NCBI GenBank assembly: GCA_963767925.1
Contig: CAVYGB010000008.1
Location: forward strand, 1,824,001 to 1,888,000
From: an uncultured delta proteobacterium
GTDB lineage: Bacteria; Myxococcota_A; Polyangia; Fen-1088
Direction of reading: 5' to 3'
Length of the DNA: 64,000 nucleotides
Part shown: one piece after another, positions 28,343 through 43,077 of the stretch
Numbering within the stretch: position 1 is the first letter of the stretch
Layout: each line of letters starts with the position of its first letter
Position numbers and translations under genes: made by a program
The notes under the pieces: generated by a model
Seen by the model: only the letters and a program-made list of their open reading frames with translations
The model's database searches: none
What the model was told of the DNA's origin: nothing

Positions 28343-28395
28343 GCTCGGCACCGGGAATTGTACCCAGTGTCCGACCCTCCCCGCGGCCTGTCAAA

Positions 28396-31300
28396 TTACT
28401 GGATGGGGAACAGCGAATCGAAGTCGGGGGAATCGATGAATCCGCCCGGGTAGAGCTGGGCTGGCCGGGGATTGACCCGCAGGATCTGACCCCGGCTCAG
28501 GGAGGTGGATGTGCGCCCCTGGTCCACGACGAACAGGTACGGGGGAGGCGCCCCCTCGGTCGCGTCACCCAGGGTCTGAGCCGAATCCATGGGGCCGGTG
28601 ACGATGCGAGCACCCAGTCGAAAATCCACGGTCAGCCGGGACGCGCGAACCTCGAGGGGAGCGAACCCGCCCTCGATGGCCACGAACACCGAGGCCGCGT
28701 CGCCCACGTATTGCTCGAGGTTGGTGAAGACGAACCGTACCGTGGGGTTTTCGAAGAGCGCCTTGACGTGCTCCTGACTGCCGCCAGCGTCCTCGTTCGG
28801 GCCCCGGAACAGGCAGGCGTTGCCCCACCCGCCCAGGTCCGACTCGGGGGTCAGCGGAATGACCTTCCCTGCGATCGCGTCTGGCCCATCGACGATGTTC
28901 TTGCAGTGGGGGGCGGAGAGCGAGATCCGCTGGCCGTAGCTCGGATTGCGCGCGGGATCGGGGACACAACGGCCACCCCAGGGATCTGTAGAAGGTTCCT
29001 CCTTGCGCGACCCGAGGTTCGGCAGGACGTTGCTGGAGAGGATGTAGGAGTGCCCGGCCTGCACCCGGTACGAGAGCAGGTGGGGCAAACACTCCGAGCG
29101 CACCGCCGGGGCCTCCACGCAGAGCGGGCCCAGCGTAGCGTCGCCCACATCGGCGCAGACATGGCCCGGCCGGCACAGCCGGTCGCTGAGCTGCCAGGAG
29201 CCGTCCTGCGCCCGCTCCCCGCAGGGCTTGAGGCAACGCGGGCCCCCGCCGGCGGTGGTGGTGACACAGCGGAACCCGGGGTCCCCGGTGCTGGCGTTGG
29301 GCTGATGGGCGGTGTCGGGCTGGCAGATCGAGTCGTCCTGGCAGGGATACAGGCGGGGCTGCGGCACCTCGTCCGGCCGCAGGCCGAGGGCCAGGCGTCC
29401 GCGGAAGACCTCCCGCACCGCGAAGCGGCGCCGGCTCGAGAGCTCGGACCGGCAGAGGCGCATCCGCTCCTCGTCGGCCACGAAGTCGCGGGGCAGGCAG
29501 ATCCCCTGGGCACCGGGGGCGGCGCGGTGACAGACCTGGAGCCCCCGCCGGTCCCGGTTGCACTGCTCGTCCTGATCACACCCCAGCAGGGCCAGAACGT
29601 CCCCCTCCTCGACGCCGGCGCGGCAGAAGTCGGCCCCCGGATCGGTAAGGGTCATGAGGTTGGTCCCGGCCGGCTCGATACGAGCTCCCTGGCGCTCGGT
29701 CCCCGGGACCGTCCCTTCCCAGTTGATGCCGAACTGCTCGGGGGCAGCGGCGTAAGGGCGGGGAAACTGCACGTAGCGGGCGCTGCTGGCGGTGGCGGTG
29801 ACAAAGGTCTCCAGGCGCGGCCCGTCCAGGCGCGAAGTGAACGCGATCCGGCTGGGAAACGGGATCTGCTCCGGCGTGAACTGCCGGTCCGGCTCTCCGG
29901 CGACGTAGGCGCTGCCACCGGCCAGGTTCCCCTGGCTGGCGCCCAGGCGCCTGAAGTTGTGGGGAAGCGTGGTGAGCTCGGGGATCGCCGACTGCTGGGT
30001 GCCCCCCTCGCCATCGACCGCCACGTGATAGATCTGCCCGGTGGAGCTGATCAGGAAGCCGATGGCCTGATTGCCCACCTGGGCGAAGGCGATGTCGACC
30101 GGCACGGGCGGCGCCACCATCGGCTGCGGGGCCGGGATGCGCAGACCCGGTCCGTCGCTGAGCAGGCGCCGCGGTTTGCCCTCGCTCACGGGGAAGCAGG
30201 GGGAGTCCAATCCGAGCAGGGAGTTGGGCTCCACGTTCACGTCGCACTCCCGCTCCCGCCCACCCGACGGCAGGCCCACGTCGACCACCCGCACCGATCC
30301 GTCCCGGGCGAAGGCGTACAGGAACATCCCCCGCCCCCCCACGAAGCGGCCGTTGGGAAGCCGGGGCGGACCGTAAGGGTTGAGCGAGAGGCGTAGGCGC
30401 GTGACCCCGCCGGCATTTTCGGCCAGGGGCACCCGGCGGTCGTCGGGCAGCTTCTCGATTCCGGCCAGCCCGATCCCGAGGGCGGTGATGACGGGAGAGC
30501 CGGCCGCCCCGACGTAGGCCCGGGTCCCGTCCGGCATGATCGCCAGCGCCCCTACCCCCAGGCTGGTGCCAGTGGGGCCCGCGCCGGCATCGCCCGCCCC
30601 TGCGCCCGCGTCCGGGCCCGCCGGCTGCGCGCTCCCGCAATCGGCGGGGCAAACCGGGTTGTTCCCCTGGTCGATCACGGTGCCGTCGGCCAGGATGCGC
30701 ACCGAGCTCACGATCTGTCCGAACCAGCGCCCCTCGCCGCCGGCGACCGGCATCTCCACCAGGGCGACGAGGTCGCAGCTCGGGAACGTGACCAGGGCCC
30801 GCCAGGGGACGACCCCGGCCGCGGTGGGGACGCCGTCGGCCCGGCAGGCCGGGGCGGGATTGGCCTGCGCCTCCAGCTGGGAGCCGACCGCGGCCCCGGT
30901 GGGCAAGAAGGCGATCTCGAAGGGAGAGGCCCGCAGCTCGGCGCTCGCCGTGCGAAAGCGGAGGTGGGTCACGATGGGACCGGCCCCCGAGCTGGGGGCA
31001 CGCACCGGAAACTGGGGAGCCAGCAAGCGCGGCAGGTCGACCAGCGACAGGTCGCAGGAACCGCGATTGGCCGTGACCGCCCGGCAGCTATCGTCGCTCA
31101 CCGAGATGACCTCGGGCAGCGCGCCCACCGGGAGCTGGTTGTAGCCCGGGTTGCGCGCGTCGAGGTCGAGCAGGGGGGAGATGCGGTAGTCCGCGAGATC
31201 GAAGTCGATCGCCGCCAGCTCGCCGCGGGCCGTGTTGGTGGCCAGCCCGAAGGTGCCCTCCACCCGGTTGCTCAGGTCGGCCCGGGGGTCGGGCTGGTCG

Positions 31301-31548
31301 GGAGAGTGGCACCAGGCCATCGGCCGGCCGGTCACCGTCATGGCGTCGCCGCTGCCGAAGACCCCCAGACAGGCGAAGGCGAGGTCCGAGGGGCGCTCCA
31401 GGTTGCGAACCGGGACGACGGTGAAGTCCTCGCCGCATCCGGCCGCCCCCACGAGCAGGAGGAGCGCCACCGAGGTCGCGCCGGCCCGGGTCCACCGGTG
31501 AGGATGATTCTGCTTGGCGCGCTCTGAGCCGATCATGACACCCCTCAT
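28396..31548 (-). CDS. Large Cys-rich lipoprotein with beta-propeller-like N-terminal half
   Basis: Lipobox AAGC; repeated blade-like motifs; Cys-rich C-terminal region. Confidence 0.75.
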   Translation of the reverse strand: MRGVMIGSERAKQNHPHRWTRAGATSVALLLLVGAAGCGEDFTVVPVRNLERPSDLAFACLGVFGSGDAMTVTGRPMAWCHSPDQPDPRADLSNRVEGTFGLATNTARGELAAIDFDLADYRISPLLDLDARNPGYNQLPVGALPEVISVSDDSCRAVTANRGSCDLSLVDLPRLLAPQFPVRAPSSGAGPIVTHLRFRTASAELRASPFEIAFLPTGAAVGSQLEAQANPAPACRADGVPTAAGVVPWRALVTFPSCDLVALVEMPVAGGEGRWFGQIVSSVRILADGTVIDQGNNPVCPADCGSAQPAGPDAGAGAGDAGAGPTGTSLGVGALAIMPDGTRAYVGAAGSPVITALGIGLAGIEKLPDDRRVPLAENAGGVTRLRLSLNPYGPPRLPNGRFVGGRGMFLYAFARDGSVRVVDVGLPSGGRERECDVNVEPNSLLGLDSPCFPVSEGKPRRLLSDGPGLRIPAPQPMVAPPVPVDIAFAQVGNQAIGFLISSTGQIYHVAVDGEGGTQQSAIPELTTLPHNFRRLGASQGNLAGGSAYVAGEPDRQFTPEQIPFPSRIAFTSRLDGPRLETFVTATASSARYVQFPRPYAAAPEQFGINWEGTVPGTERQGARIEPAGTNLMTLTDPGADFCRAGVEEGDVLALLGCDQDEQCNRDRRGLQVCHRAAPGAQGICLPRDFVADEERMRLCRSELSSRRRFAVREVFRGRLALGLRPDEVPQPRLYPCQDDSICQPDTAHQPNASTGDPGFRCVTTTAGGGPRCLKPCGERAQDGSWQLSDRLCRPGHVCADVGDATLGPLCVEAPAVRSECLPHLLSYRVQAGHSYILSSNVLPNLGSRKEEPSTDPWGGRCVPDPARNPSYGQRISLSAPHCKNIVDGPDAIAGKVIPLTPESDLGGWGNACLFRGPNEDAGGSQEHVKALFENPTVRFVFTNLEQYVGDAASVFVAIEGGFAPLEVRASRLTVDFRLGARIVTGPMDSAQTLGDATEGAPPPYLFVVDQGRTSTSLSRGQILRVNPRPAQLYPGGFIDSPDFDSLFPIQ

Positions 31549-32987
31549 CGTCGCAGGGTCGGAAAGCCGATCCTCTGCACTACCTTGTTCTCCGTCGGGC
31601 TTCCCGGCTTCAGATCGATCACCGAGACGTTGTTGTCGCTGAAGCCGGCCAGGTAGGCCGTCGTCGGATCGCCCGGGGCAAAGACCAGCGTGGTTGGTCC
31701 CCGGCCCGCGTTGATCACGGCCGCGACCTCCATGAGATCCGGCTCGATCACGTAGACTTGACCGGACTCGAAGCAGACCGCGTAGAGCCGGGCCCCGCGC
31801 CCGGCGTCGTGGCGGTGCAGCTCGCTGGCGCCCGAGCAGATCTCGACCACGTCGATGGGGCGGTTGACCGGCCGGCCCTGGGCGTCGGGCGAGCGATCCA
31901 CCGCCACCAGCGCGGGAGGGTTGTCGCGCGCGTAGAGGGAGAGCGGGTTCGGGTTCCGGTGGAGAACGTAGGCTCGGCGCTTGTCGGGCGACAGGACGAA
32001 GCCGCGGATGTCCATCCCGCTCGGATAGAAGGCCGAGGAGAAGAAGCTCGAGCCCACGACCAGCTCGAGGGGGCGAGGGGAGGCTCCCCCGCAGGGCAGA
32101 TCGCCCCCCCGCAAGAACATGGTCTGGATCTCGGCCGGCCGATCGATGAAGTACCGCCCGAGGGCGAAGACGGTGGCCGCCGGGTTCCCCGGCTCTTCCA
32201 GCGCGAGGCCGCTCACCGCCTGGTTGGGCATCGAGAAGATGGGGCTGGTGACCGAGACCAGGGCCGGTCGCTCGGGCGCGCAGATGTCGATGGTGGAGAC
32301 GCCGTGGATGCCGTGGGCGACATAGAGCGCACCCAGCCGCTCGTCGAGGGCCATGGAGAACGGCTCCTCCGGCATCTTGAGCTCGCCCTCGGCGTCGACG
32401 CCCCCCCGGATCTTGTGCGAATCGTCGCAGAGGGGGTTGGCCTCGCCCGCGCCGGCCCGGCAGCGAAGCGCCACCCGATCGGCGTCGACGGTGGCGTCGA
32501 TGAAGGTCACCGACGGCTCGGCCCGGATCGCGACGAACAGGCGTCGTTCCCGGCCGGTCGGGGCCCCGCTGACGAGGACCGTGCTCCCGAAGCTGCCGAG
32601 GCGCACGGTGGCGGAGGCGTCCACGTAGCCCCGCTCATCGCAGTTGAGGGCCGCCGGGTCGTGAAAATCGAAGCAGCAGAAGCGCGTTCCGGCGGGCCCC
32701 CCCGGTCGGAACCCGGCCGATGGGCAGGTCTGCCAGTCGGTGCGGGCGCGGTCCTGGGTGGCCTTGCCGACGTCGATCGCCGCCACCGTACCGGCGTTGT
32801 AACGCAGGTCCGAGTTGGAGTTGACGACGTACAGCCAGCCGCCCGCGGGATCCGCCGCCAGACCGGTGGGGAGAAAGAGCCCGTCGAGCGGGGGGGAGAC
32901 CCCGCTCTCTCCGAAGGAGCATCCAGCGGCGAGTGTCCCCGCAAGCACGGCAATGGCCGAGGTCCTCGCGGCAGGGAAAGGCTTCAT
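31545..32987 (-). CDS. YVTN/YncE-like beta-propeller lipoprotein
   Basis: Lipobox AAGC; PTGLAADP..WLYVVNSNSDLRYN; GRGPTTLVF..AYLAGFSDNNVSVIDL; ATGA coupling to the next gene. Confidence 0.8.
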   Translation of the reverse strand: MKPFPAARTSAIAVLAGTLAAGCSFGESGVSPPLDGLFLPTGLAADPAGGWLYVVNSNSDLRYNAGTVAAIDVGKATQDRARTDWQTCPSAGFRPGGPAGTRFCCFDFHDPAALNCDERGYVDASATVRLGSFGSTVLVSGAPTGRERRLFVAIRAEPSVTFIDATVDADRVALRCRAGAGEANPLCDDSHKIRGGVDAEGELKMPEEPFSMALDERLGALYVAHGIHGVSTIDICAPERPALVSVTSPIFSMPNQAVSGLALEEPGNPAATVFALGRYFIDRPAEIQTMFLRGGDLPCGGASPRPLELVVGSSFFSSAFYPSGMDIRGFVLSPDKRRAYVLHRNPNPLSLYARDNPPALVAVDRSPDAQGRPVNRPIDVVEICSGASELHRHDAGRGARLYAVCFESGQVYVIEPDLMEVAAVINAGRGPTTLVFAPGDPTTAYLAGFSDNNVSVIDLKPGSPTENKVVQRIGFPTLRR

Positions 32988-33086
32988 GGCCCGCCTGTTT
33001 TACCACTCCCGCGGGTCCCTGACCCTGCCAGATCGCGCTGGCGGGGCTGACCCCGCCAGCAGCCTGTCGCTCGGATCACGTGCCGA

Positions 33087-35945
<2,859 letters not shown>

Positions 35946-36144
35946 GGCGAGCGGATGTTTACTATGGACGGCGCGCCCTGGAAAGCCCCGTGGACGTCAT
36001 TTGCGGACCGGGCGCTCGGGCGCAGGTGCGGAGGTCGCCGCCCGAACCGCTCCTTCGGCCTGCCCCCGCCCGTCGATCGCGATCCGGGACGGCCACCCTC
36101 TCGCTCCCCGGGGGCTCGAACGGCCCCGTGACGCACCTGGGAGG

Positions 36145-36900
36145 CTACCCGCCGCCTTTCAGCTTCGCGATGAACTCGAGCGACTTGAGCGGCCCCGGCA
36201 CGTGGAAGGCGACCAGCTCCCCCACGGCATGCCGGCAGGCGGCGCCCAGGTCCTTGTCGAGCCGGGAGCCGTCGACGTCCTCGAGCGGCGACGTGGCCAG
36301 CCTCTGCAGCGCCTGGCGGGCGGCGGGGAAGAGCAGCGATCCCCGCGGGGCGCAGGCCCCACAGATGACCCCACCCCGCTCGGGATCGAACCGGACCACC
36401 TGCTCGCCCAGGTCCCCCCGCCCGCAAGCTGCGCAGGCTCCCAGGCTGGGCGCCAGGCCCAGGCGGGCGAACAGCCCCAGCTCGAATGCCCGCGCCCGTT
36501 CGGCGCTGGCTCCCCGGGCCTCGAGCAGCCCGAGAAAGCGGTCGAGCCAGTCGAACACCTCGGGCTCCGGGTGGCGGACCGGGCACATTCGATCACACAG
36601 CTCGGCCGCGTATCCGGCGTGGGCCGTCCGGCCCAGGTCGGCGCCCAGGGTGGTCCGGCCGTCGGACACCTCGAAGCTCTCCAGGGCGAGCAACTCCGAG
36701 TGGGGGGGCTCGCGCAGCGTGGCCTCTCCGCGAGCGCCCAGGCCAAGCCCCCCGCCGAAGCGCCGGACGCTCCGGCGGGCTCCCCGGGCCATGGCCGACA
36801 AGCGGCCGGTGTCCCGGCCCAGCAGGGTGACCACCCGGTCGGCCTCTCCGTAAGGGACCGAACGCAGGAGGATGGCCGGGGTCACGATGGGAATGCCCAC
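36145..36900 (-). CDS. recO: DNA repair protein RecO
   Basis: LRSVPYGEADRVVTL, ARGARRS..RFG, zinc finger CAAC...CGAC. Confidence 0.93.
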   Translation of the reverse strand: MGIPIVTPAILLRSVPYGEADRVVTLLGRDTGRLSAMARGARRSVRRFGGGLGLGARGEATLREPPHSELLALESFEVSDGRTTLGADLGRTAHAGYAAELCDRMCPVRHPEPEVFDWLDRFLGLLEARGASAERARAFELGLFARLGLAPSLGACAACGRGDLGEQVVRFDPERGGVICGACAPRGSLLFPAARQALQRLATSPLEDVDGSRLDKDLGAACRHAVGELVAFHVPGPLKSLEFIAKLKGGG

Positions 36901-36923
36901 CGGGCCGACGTTAGCACCGGGCC

Positions 36924-37319
36924 TCAGGCCCGCCAGAGGACGACCACGGCCACGGTCAGGGCGAAGGCGATCACCAGCGCGACGATGACCCGGCGCCGCC
37001 GTCCGGCGCCCAGCCGGCTCCCGGTCGGAGACTCGGAGCCAGCCTCGGCCTTGCTCTTGGCGGCCGCCGCGGCCTTCTCGTACCTGGCCAGCGACTCGGT
37101 GGCGGTGTCATCCACGGCCTGGGTAAAGGCCCGGATGAATCCCCGGACGTAGGTGTGGGGCGGCAGGCGCTCGAGCCGCTCGGACTCGAGGTTCTCGAGG
37201 GTCTCGGCGGGGATCCGGGTGCGCCGGCTGACCTCGGCGACGGTGAGGCCGGACTTCTCCCGGAGCTGCCGCAGGAGAGGCCCGAAGTCGGCACCGGTAC
37301 CATCGGATTGAGTCTCCAT
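36924..37319 (-). CDS. RodZ-like HTH membrane protein (short)
   Basis: GPLLRQLREKSGLTVAEVSRRTRI...LP..YVRGFIRA, C-terminal TM. Confidence 0.85.
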   Translation of the reverse strand: METQSDGTGADFGPLLRQLREKSGLTVAEVSRRTRIPAETLENLESERLERLPPHTYVRGFIRAFTQAVDDTATESLARYEKAAAAAKSKAEAGSESPTGSRLGAGRRRRVIVALVIAFALTVAVVVLWRA

Positions 37320-37327
37320 ATCGGGCC

Positions 37328-38185
37328 TCAGCGCAGCAGATTGGTGTAACGCCGGCACTCGGTGGCAACACAGGAGCGGGGCGCCAGATCCGCGCAGCGC
37401 CGGAACAGGGCGCGGGCCCTATCCCGGTTGCGGTGTCGTTGATGGACCAGCCCTCCGAGCAGGAGGGCCTCCTGGATGGGGCAACGCGTGTCTTCCACGA
37501 CCGCATCGACATTTTCGGCCGCCTGCGCCATATCCCCTCTTTCGAAGTACACCTTGGCCAGCCGGTAGCGCCCCACGCAGAACTGGGGCGACCGCGACAC
37601 AGCTTCGTGCAGCTCCTTCCAGGCCCGCTGGGTCTGTTTCATTTGCAGGTAGGCCCACCCGAGGTTGGCGCGTGCGAACTCGGGCTGGGAGTAGGTCGAA
37701 TCCTTCAGAGCCTCGCTGGCGGCGTCGACGGCGGCTGTCCAGTCCTGAAGGTGCAAGGCGGCGACCGAGAGGTTGTTCCAGGCGTTGGGGAACTCGGGCC
37801 GCAGCGCGACCGCCCGGCGGAACTGCTGCTCGGCCTCCCGGAACCTCCGGGCGGCGTCCTGGCGCACCAGCTCGCCGTCCTTACCAAGCAGACAGTCAGC
37901 CGACTCGGCCTGGGCCACGTAGTCGGCGCCCTGGTTGAGCGCGATGATCCCAAGCATGTTGTATGCCTCGGCGTTCTCGGGATCGGCTTGCAGCGCCTTG
38001 CGCAGCTCCTCCACGGCGGCCTCCACCCGACGAGAGCGGAAGTACTCGACTCCCAGCTCGTAGCGAACGAACGACTGGTCGGGATCCCGTTTCGGACGCG
38101 ACGCGCATGCGCCCCCCCAGAAGGAACCGGCCAGCACCGGAATGCCGACCGCCGCCCACAGACGCCCCAACCGCCGACCCCACAA
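37328..38185 (-). CDS. tgl: Tgl/PilF/PilW-like TPR lipoprotein (secretin pilotin)
   Basis: Lipobox-like GGAC; TPRs with NAWNNL, STYSQPEFARANLGWAY, PQFCVG; tgl-HTH-recO order as I recall from myxobacteria; TTG start at 38185 with GGAGG. Confidence 0.75.
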   Translation of the reverse strand: MWGRRLGRLWAAVGIPVLAGSFWGGACASRPKRDPDQSFVRYELGVEYFRSRRVEAAVEELRKALQADPENAEAYNMLGIIALNQGADYVAQAESADCLLGKDGELVRQDAARRFREAEQQFRRAVALRPEFPNAWNNLSVAALHLQDWTAAVDAASEALKDSTYSQPEFARANLGWAYLQMKQTQRAWKELHEAVSRSPQFCVGRYRLAKVYFERGDMAQAAENVDAVVEDTRCPIQEALLLGGLVHQRHRNRDRARALFRRCADLAPRSCVATECRRYTNLLR

Positions 38186-38688
38186 GATGACTGACCCTCC
38201 AGGTTTCCCGAATGATTTCGAAAAGTTCGATCGCGAGACGAGGTTAACAGCTTCGAGCACCGACTGTCAAATGGCCAGGCCCGTCGTGACGGGTCTCCCC
38301 CGGCTGGCTTCACCCGGCTCTGGCAAGGGATCGGCCTGGGCCTGTCCTTGCGGGCGCTTGGCCTGGAGCTTGGGTTTGGTTTGGGTTCCCGGTTCGGTTC
38401 CTGGTCTGGTTCCTGCCGTGGCATGGGTTCCTGCCGCGCCGGAGCGGGGTCAATCGGGCGACGGACGTGCCAGGCGGCCCGCCGCGGGCCCGCCTTCCGG
38501 GACGGCGCGGGCGCCGGGCGAAATGCACGGCGACCGCGCCGCTTCTCATCGGAAGGTCCCGACGTCTTCTGGGGTCCTTCCGGGCGCTTCCCGGGCGGCC
38601 GGTCCAGCGGGCCGTGGCCGGGTCGCGCGGATTACTCGCGCCAGGGGATTCTCTTGCCGTTTTCTCCCCTATACTTCTCTCAACGGTC

Positions 38689-39531
38689 TTGAGTCACCTC
38701 ATCGCCTATCTCGGAAACGAACCTGATCGCCTCGAGTGCGCACTGCTCCCGGCGCGGGCGGCCTTGTACTCACAGACGCCCCTGCAGCCCAACGGCTGGG
38801 GCCTGGGCTTCATCCAGGGTGGAGAGGTCCTGCTTCAGAAGCGACCTCGCTCCGAAGGCAGCGAGGTCGACTTCTTCAACCTCGCGCGCGAGCTCCACGC
38901 CAATGCGCTGATCGCGCGGGGCGGGCTCGAAGAAGATGCGCGCGCCTCGGCCGACAACGCCGACCCCTTTCGCTTCCGCTGGTGGTTGTTCGGTTCGGTC
39001 GGCGTGGCCGAGGGTTTCGGACAGGTGCGCGAGCGCTTGCTGGCCAGCGTTCCGGATTTCCTGCGCCGGAACATCCGCGGCCGCTCCGCCAGCGAGCACA
39101 TCTTCCACCTGTTTCTCGCCTTCCTCCACGATGCCGGCCTGCTCGAGACGCTGGCCACCGACCCGGCCCCGGTGGGGCGGGCCCTCCGGGAGAGCATCGC
39201 CTTCGTCGACCGGCTGCTGGCTGCCGCCGGAGCGCCCGCGCTCCGGATGGCGCTGGTGGCCACCAACGGCCGCTGCCTGGTGGCCCGATCGAACGGCTGC
39301 CCGGTTCAGTTCCTGCCCATCTCGGGGATCATGGACTGCACCGTGTGCCGGAACCGGAACGCCGCCCACAGCGACGACGATCGCCGAATCTCCCACGAAG
39401 CCTTGCGGGCCGTCGTGGTGGAGGCCGACAGCAGCGCGACCCTGCGGCCGGGCTGGAGCCTGGTTCCCCCTCGCGGTGGCCTCCTCGTAGGGGCCGACCA
39501 GATCCCTCGCCTCGAAGAACAGACGTCCTGA
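38689..39531 (+). CDS. Class II glutamine amidotransferase-like protein (GATase_4/YafJ/EgtC-like) lacking the N-terminal Cys
   Basis: TTG start gives MSHLIAYLG; NGWGLGF, NADPFRF..WLF, IRGRSASEHIF. Confidence 0.8.
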   Translation: MSHLIAYLGNEPDRLECALLPARAALYSQTPLQPNGWGLGFIQGGEVLLQKRPRSEGSEVDFFNLARELHANALIARGGLEEDARASADNADPFRFRWWLFGSVGVAEGFGQVRERLLASVPDFLRRNIRGRSASEHIFHLFLAFLHDAGLLETLATDPAPVGRALRESIAFVDRLLAAAGAPALRMALVATNGRCLVARSNGCPVQFLPISGIMDCTVCRNRNAAHSDDDRRISHEALRAVVVEADSSATLRPGWSLVPPRGGLLVGADQIPRLEEQTS

Positions 39532-39576
39532 TCGCGCGCCCCGCGCGCCGACCACCAGCCGCCCCGGGCGGCCGCT

Positions 39577-40959
39577 CTACTCGGCCCCGGCCTGGACGTG
39601 CCAGCGTTCCTTGCGGCGGAAGTAGAGGAACAGGGTCTGGATGATCGAGGCCACGGGGACGGCGAACAGGGCGCCCACCAGGCCGTAGCTGTGCTCGCCG
39701 GCGATGAGGGCGAACACCACCACCACCGGGTGGATCTTGGCGGCGTCGCCCATGATCTTGGGATTCAGGAAGTTCGCCTCCACGAGGTGGATGAAGACGA
39801 TCCAGCCGGTGACCTTGAGGCCCTGCAGGACGTCGAAGCGCCCCGACGAGACGAGGGCGATGGAGACGATGGGGATCGACGAGAGGATGGAGCCGAAGAT
39901 GGGGATGAGGCTCATCACGGCGGCGATCCCGGCCAGCAGCAGCGGGATATTTGACGTCGAAGATGAGCAGACCGATGTAGGTCAGCACGCCGTTGATCAG
40001 GCAGATGAGGAGCTGACCGCGCACCACCCCGGACAGACCGCGGTCGATGCCCCGGGCCAGGTGGTCGTAGTCGCTCCGGTAGGCCACCGGGACGAGCGAG
40101 CGGATGAAGCCCCGGATGCGCTGCAGGTCGATGAGGATGAACGCCGCCACCATCAGCACCAGGATCAGCCGGGCGATCCCGGTGAGGACGCCGGTGACGA
40201 ACTTCTGTCCGAACTCCAGCGCCCGCCGGCTTTGCGATTCGGTGGTCTTGACCCGATCGGCGATCCACTGCTTGAGGGATCGCTCCCAGCGCCCTTCACC
40301 CTGGACGACCAGCTCCTCGTGGCGAGGCGGCGAGATCAGGTAGCCATTGCCCTCGCGGCCCGGTCGCACCTCCAGCTGCATGTCGTCGAGGTCGATCCGA
40401 TATCGACCCTCGCCCAGCGGCTCGAGCACCAGACCGTTGCTCTGCGGCGGCCTGGTGATCGGCTGGGAGGGGCCCTGCTGAGACTGGACGCCCCGGCCCC
40501 GAAGCGCTCGTCGATCCAGGAGCCGACCTTGGGCAAGCACCTCGCTGTTCAGCTTCGCGAACAGCTGCGGGCGCCTCCCGGAACACCCGGGCGATGTCGC
40601 CCGACAGCTTCGGGAGGAAATACCCGACGAAGAGGCCCAGTACCGACCAGGATGTTGATGTAGAGGAAGATGACCGCCAGCCCCCGCGGGAGGGGGCGGC
40701 TGGCCACCCGCAGCCGGGCCATGCGGTCCACCAGCGGCGCCAGGATGTAGGCCACCAGGATGGCGAAGACGAAGGGGAGCGCGACGTCCCGGAAGACGTA
40801 AACGACGAAGATACAGAAGAGCGCGAAGCCCCACAGCTTCGCGAAGCGCCGGAACCAGCTGAAGACACGCACGCTGCGGGTGGGGGGGCCCATATCGTCG
40901 CCCCCGTCCTGTGACGCTTCGATGGAGGGGGGCTCGTCCCCCCTCTTGCTGTCCGCCAC
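39577..40959 (-). CDS. AI-2E family transporter (broken by about 5 indels)
   Basis: Pieces in different frames: PFVFAILVAYILAPLV, RGQLLICLING, IPIFG, EANFLNPKIMG..IHPVVV..ALIAG..G..GALFAVP. Confidence 0.85.
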
Positions 40960-40986
40960 GCGCGGATCCTCGAAGGAGCGAGGAGA

Positions 40987-42724
<1,738 letters not shown>

Positions 42725-42860
42725 TCATGAAGATCCTTTGGCGCGTGCAAACCGGCGGCAATGGATGCCCCGGGGATCGCGACCGGTCTCGCCACGGGCC
42801 GGTCACGACGTTGGGGTTTCGAATTCGGCCTCCGACCACCGGAAGCACGAAAGGCGGGAA

Positions 42861-42895
42861 AAGCTAACGCTCCGGACGGCCCGTGTCAATGTCAA
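42861..42895 (-). promoter_or_regulatory. sigma70 promoter of rpsA
   Basis: Minus strand TTGACA-N17-TAGCTT, with a second TTGACA immediately upstream. Confidence 0.7.
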
Positions 42896-42945
42896 CCCGG
42901 CCTCCGGCTATGACTCTGGGGCAGGTTGGAGCGGGGGCGCTGTCG

Positions 42946-42985
42946 TGGAATGTCTCCTGGAATGTCTCCTGGAATGTCTCCTGGA
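42946..42985. repeat. 12-bp tandem repeat (TGGAATGTCTCC) x about 3.3
   Basis: Three perfect head-to-tail copies read directly in the cmk-rpsA intergenic region. Confidence 0.95.
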
Positions 42986-43077
42986 CTGTAAGAAAATCCC
43001 TGTCGGAGCCGCGGCGCGCTTCTCCGTCGTTGTCCGGCATTGTCCGCGTGTCCGGCAGGGGGGCTGCCGGATCCGGG

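Noticed and set aside
42946..42985. Possible CRISPR array
   Set aside because: 12-bp head-to-tail units with no spacers, and no cas genes
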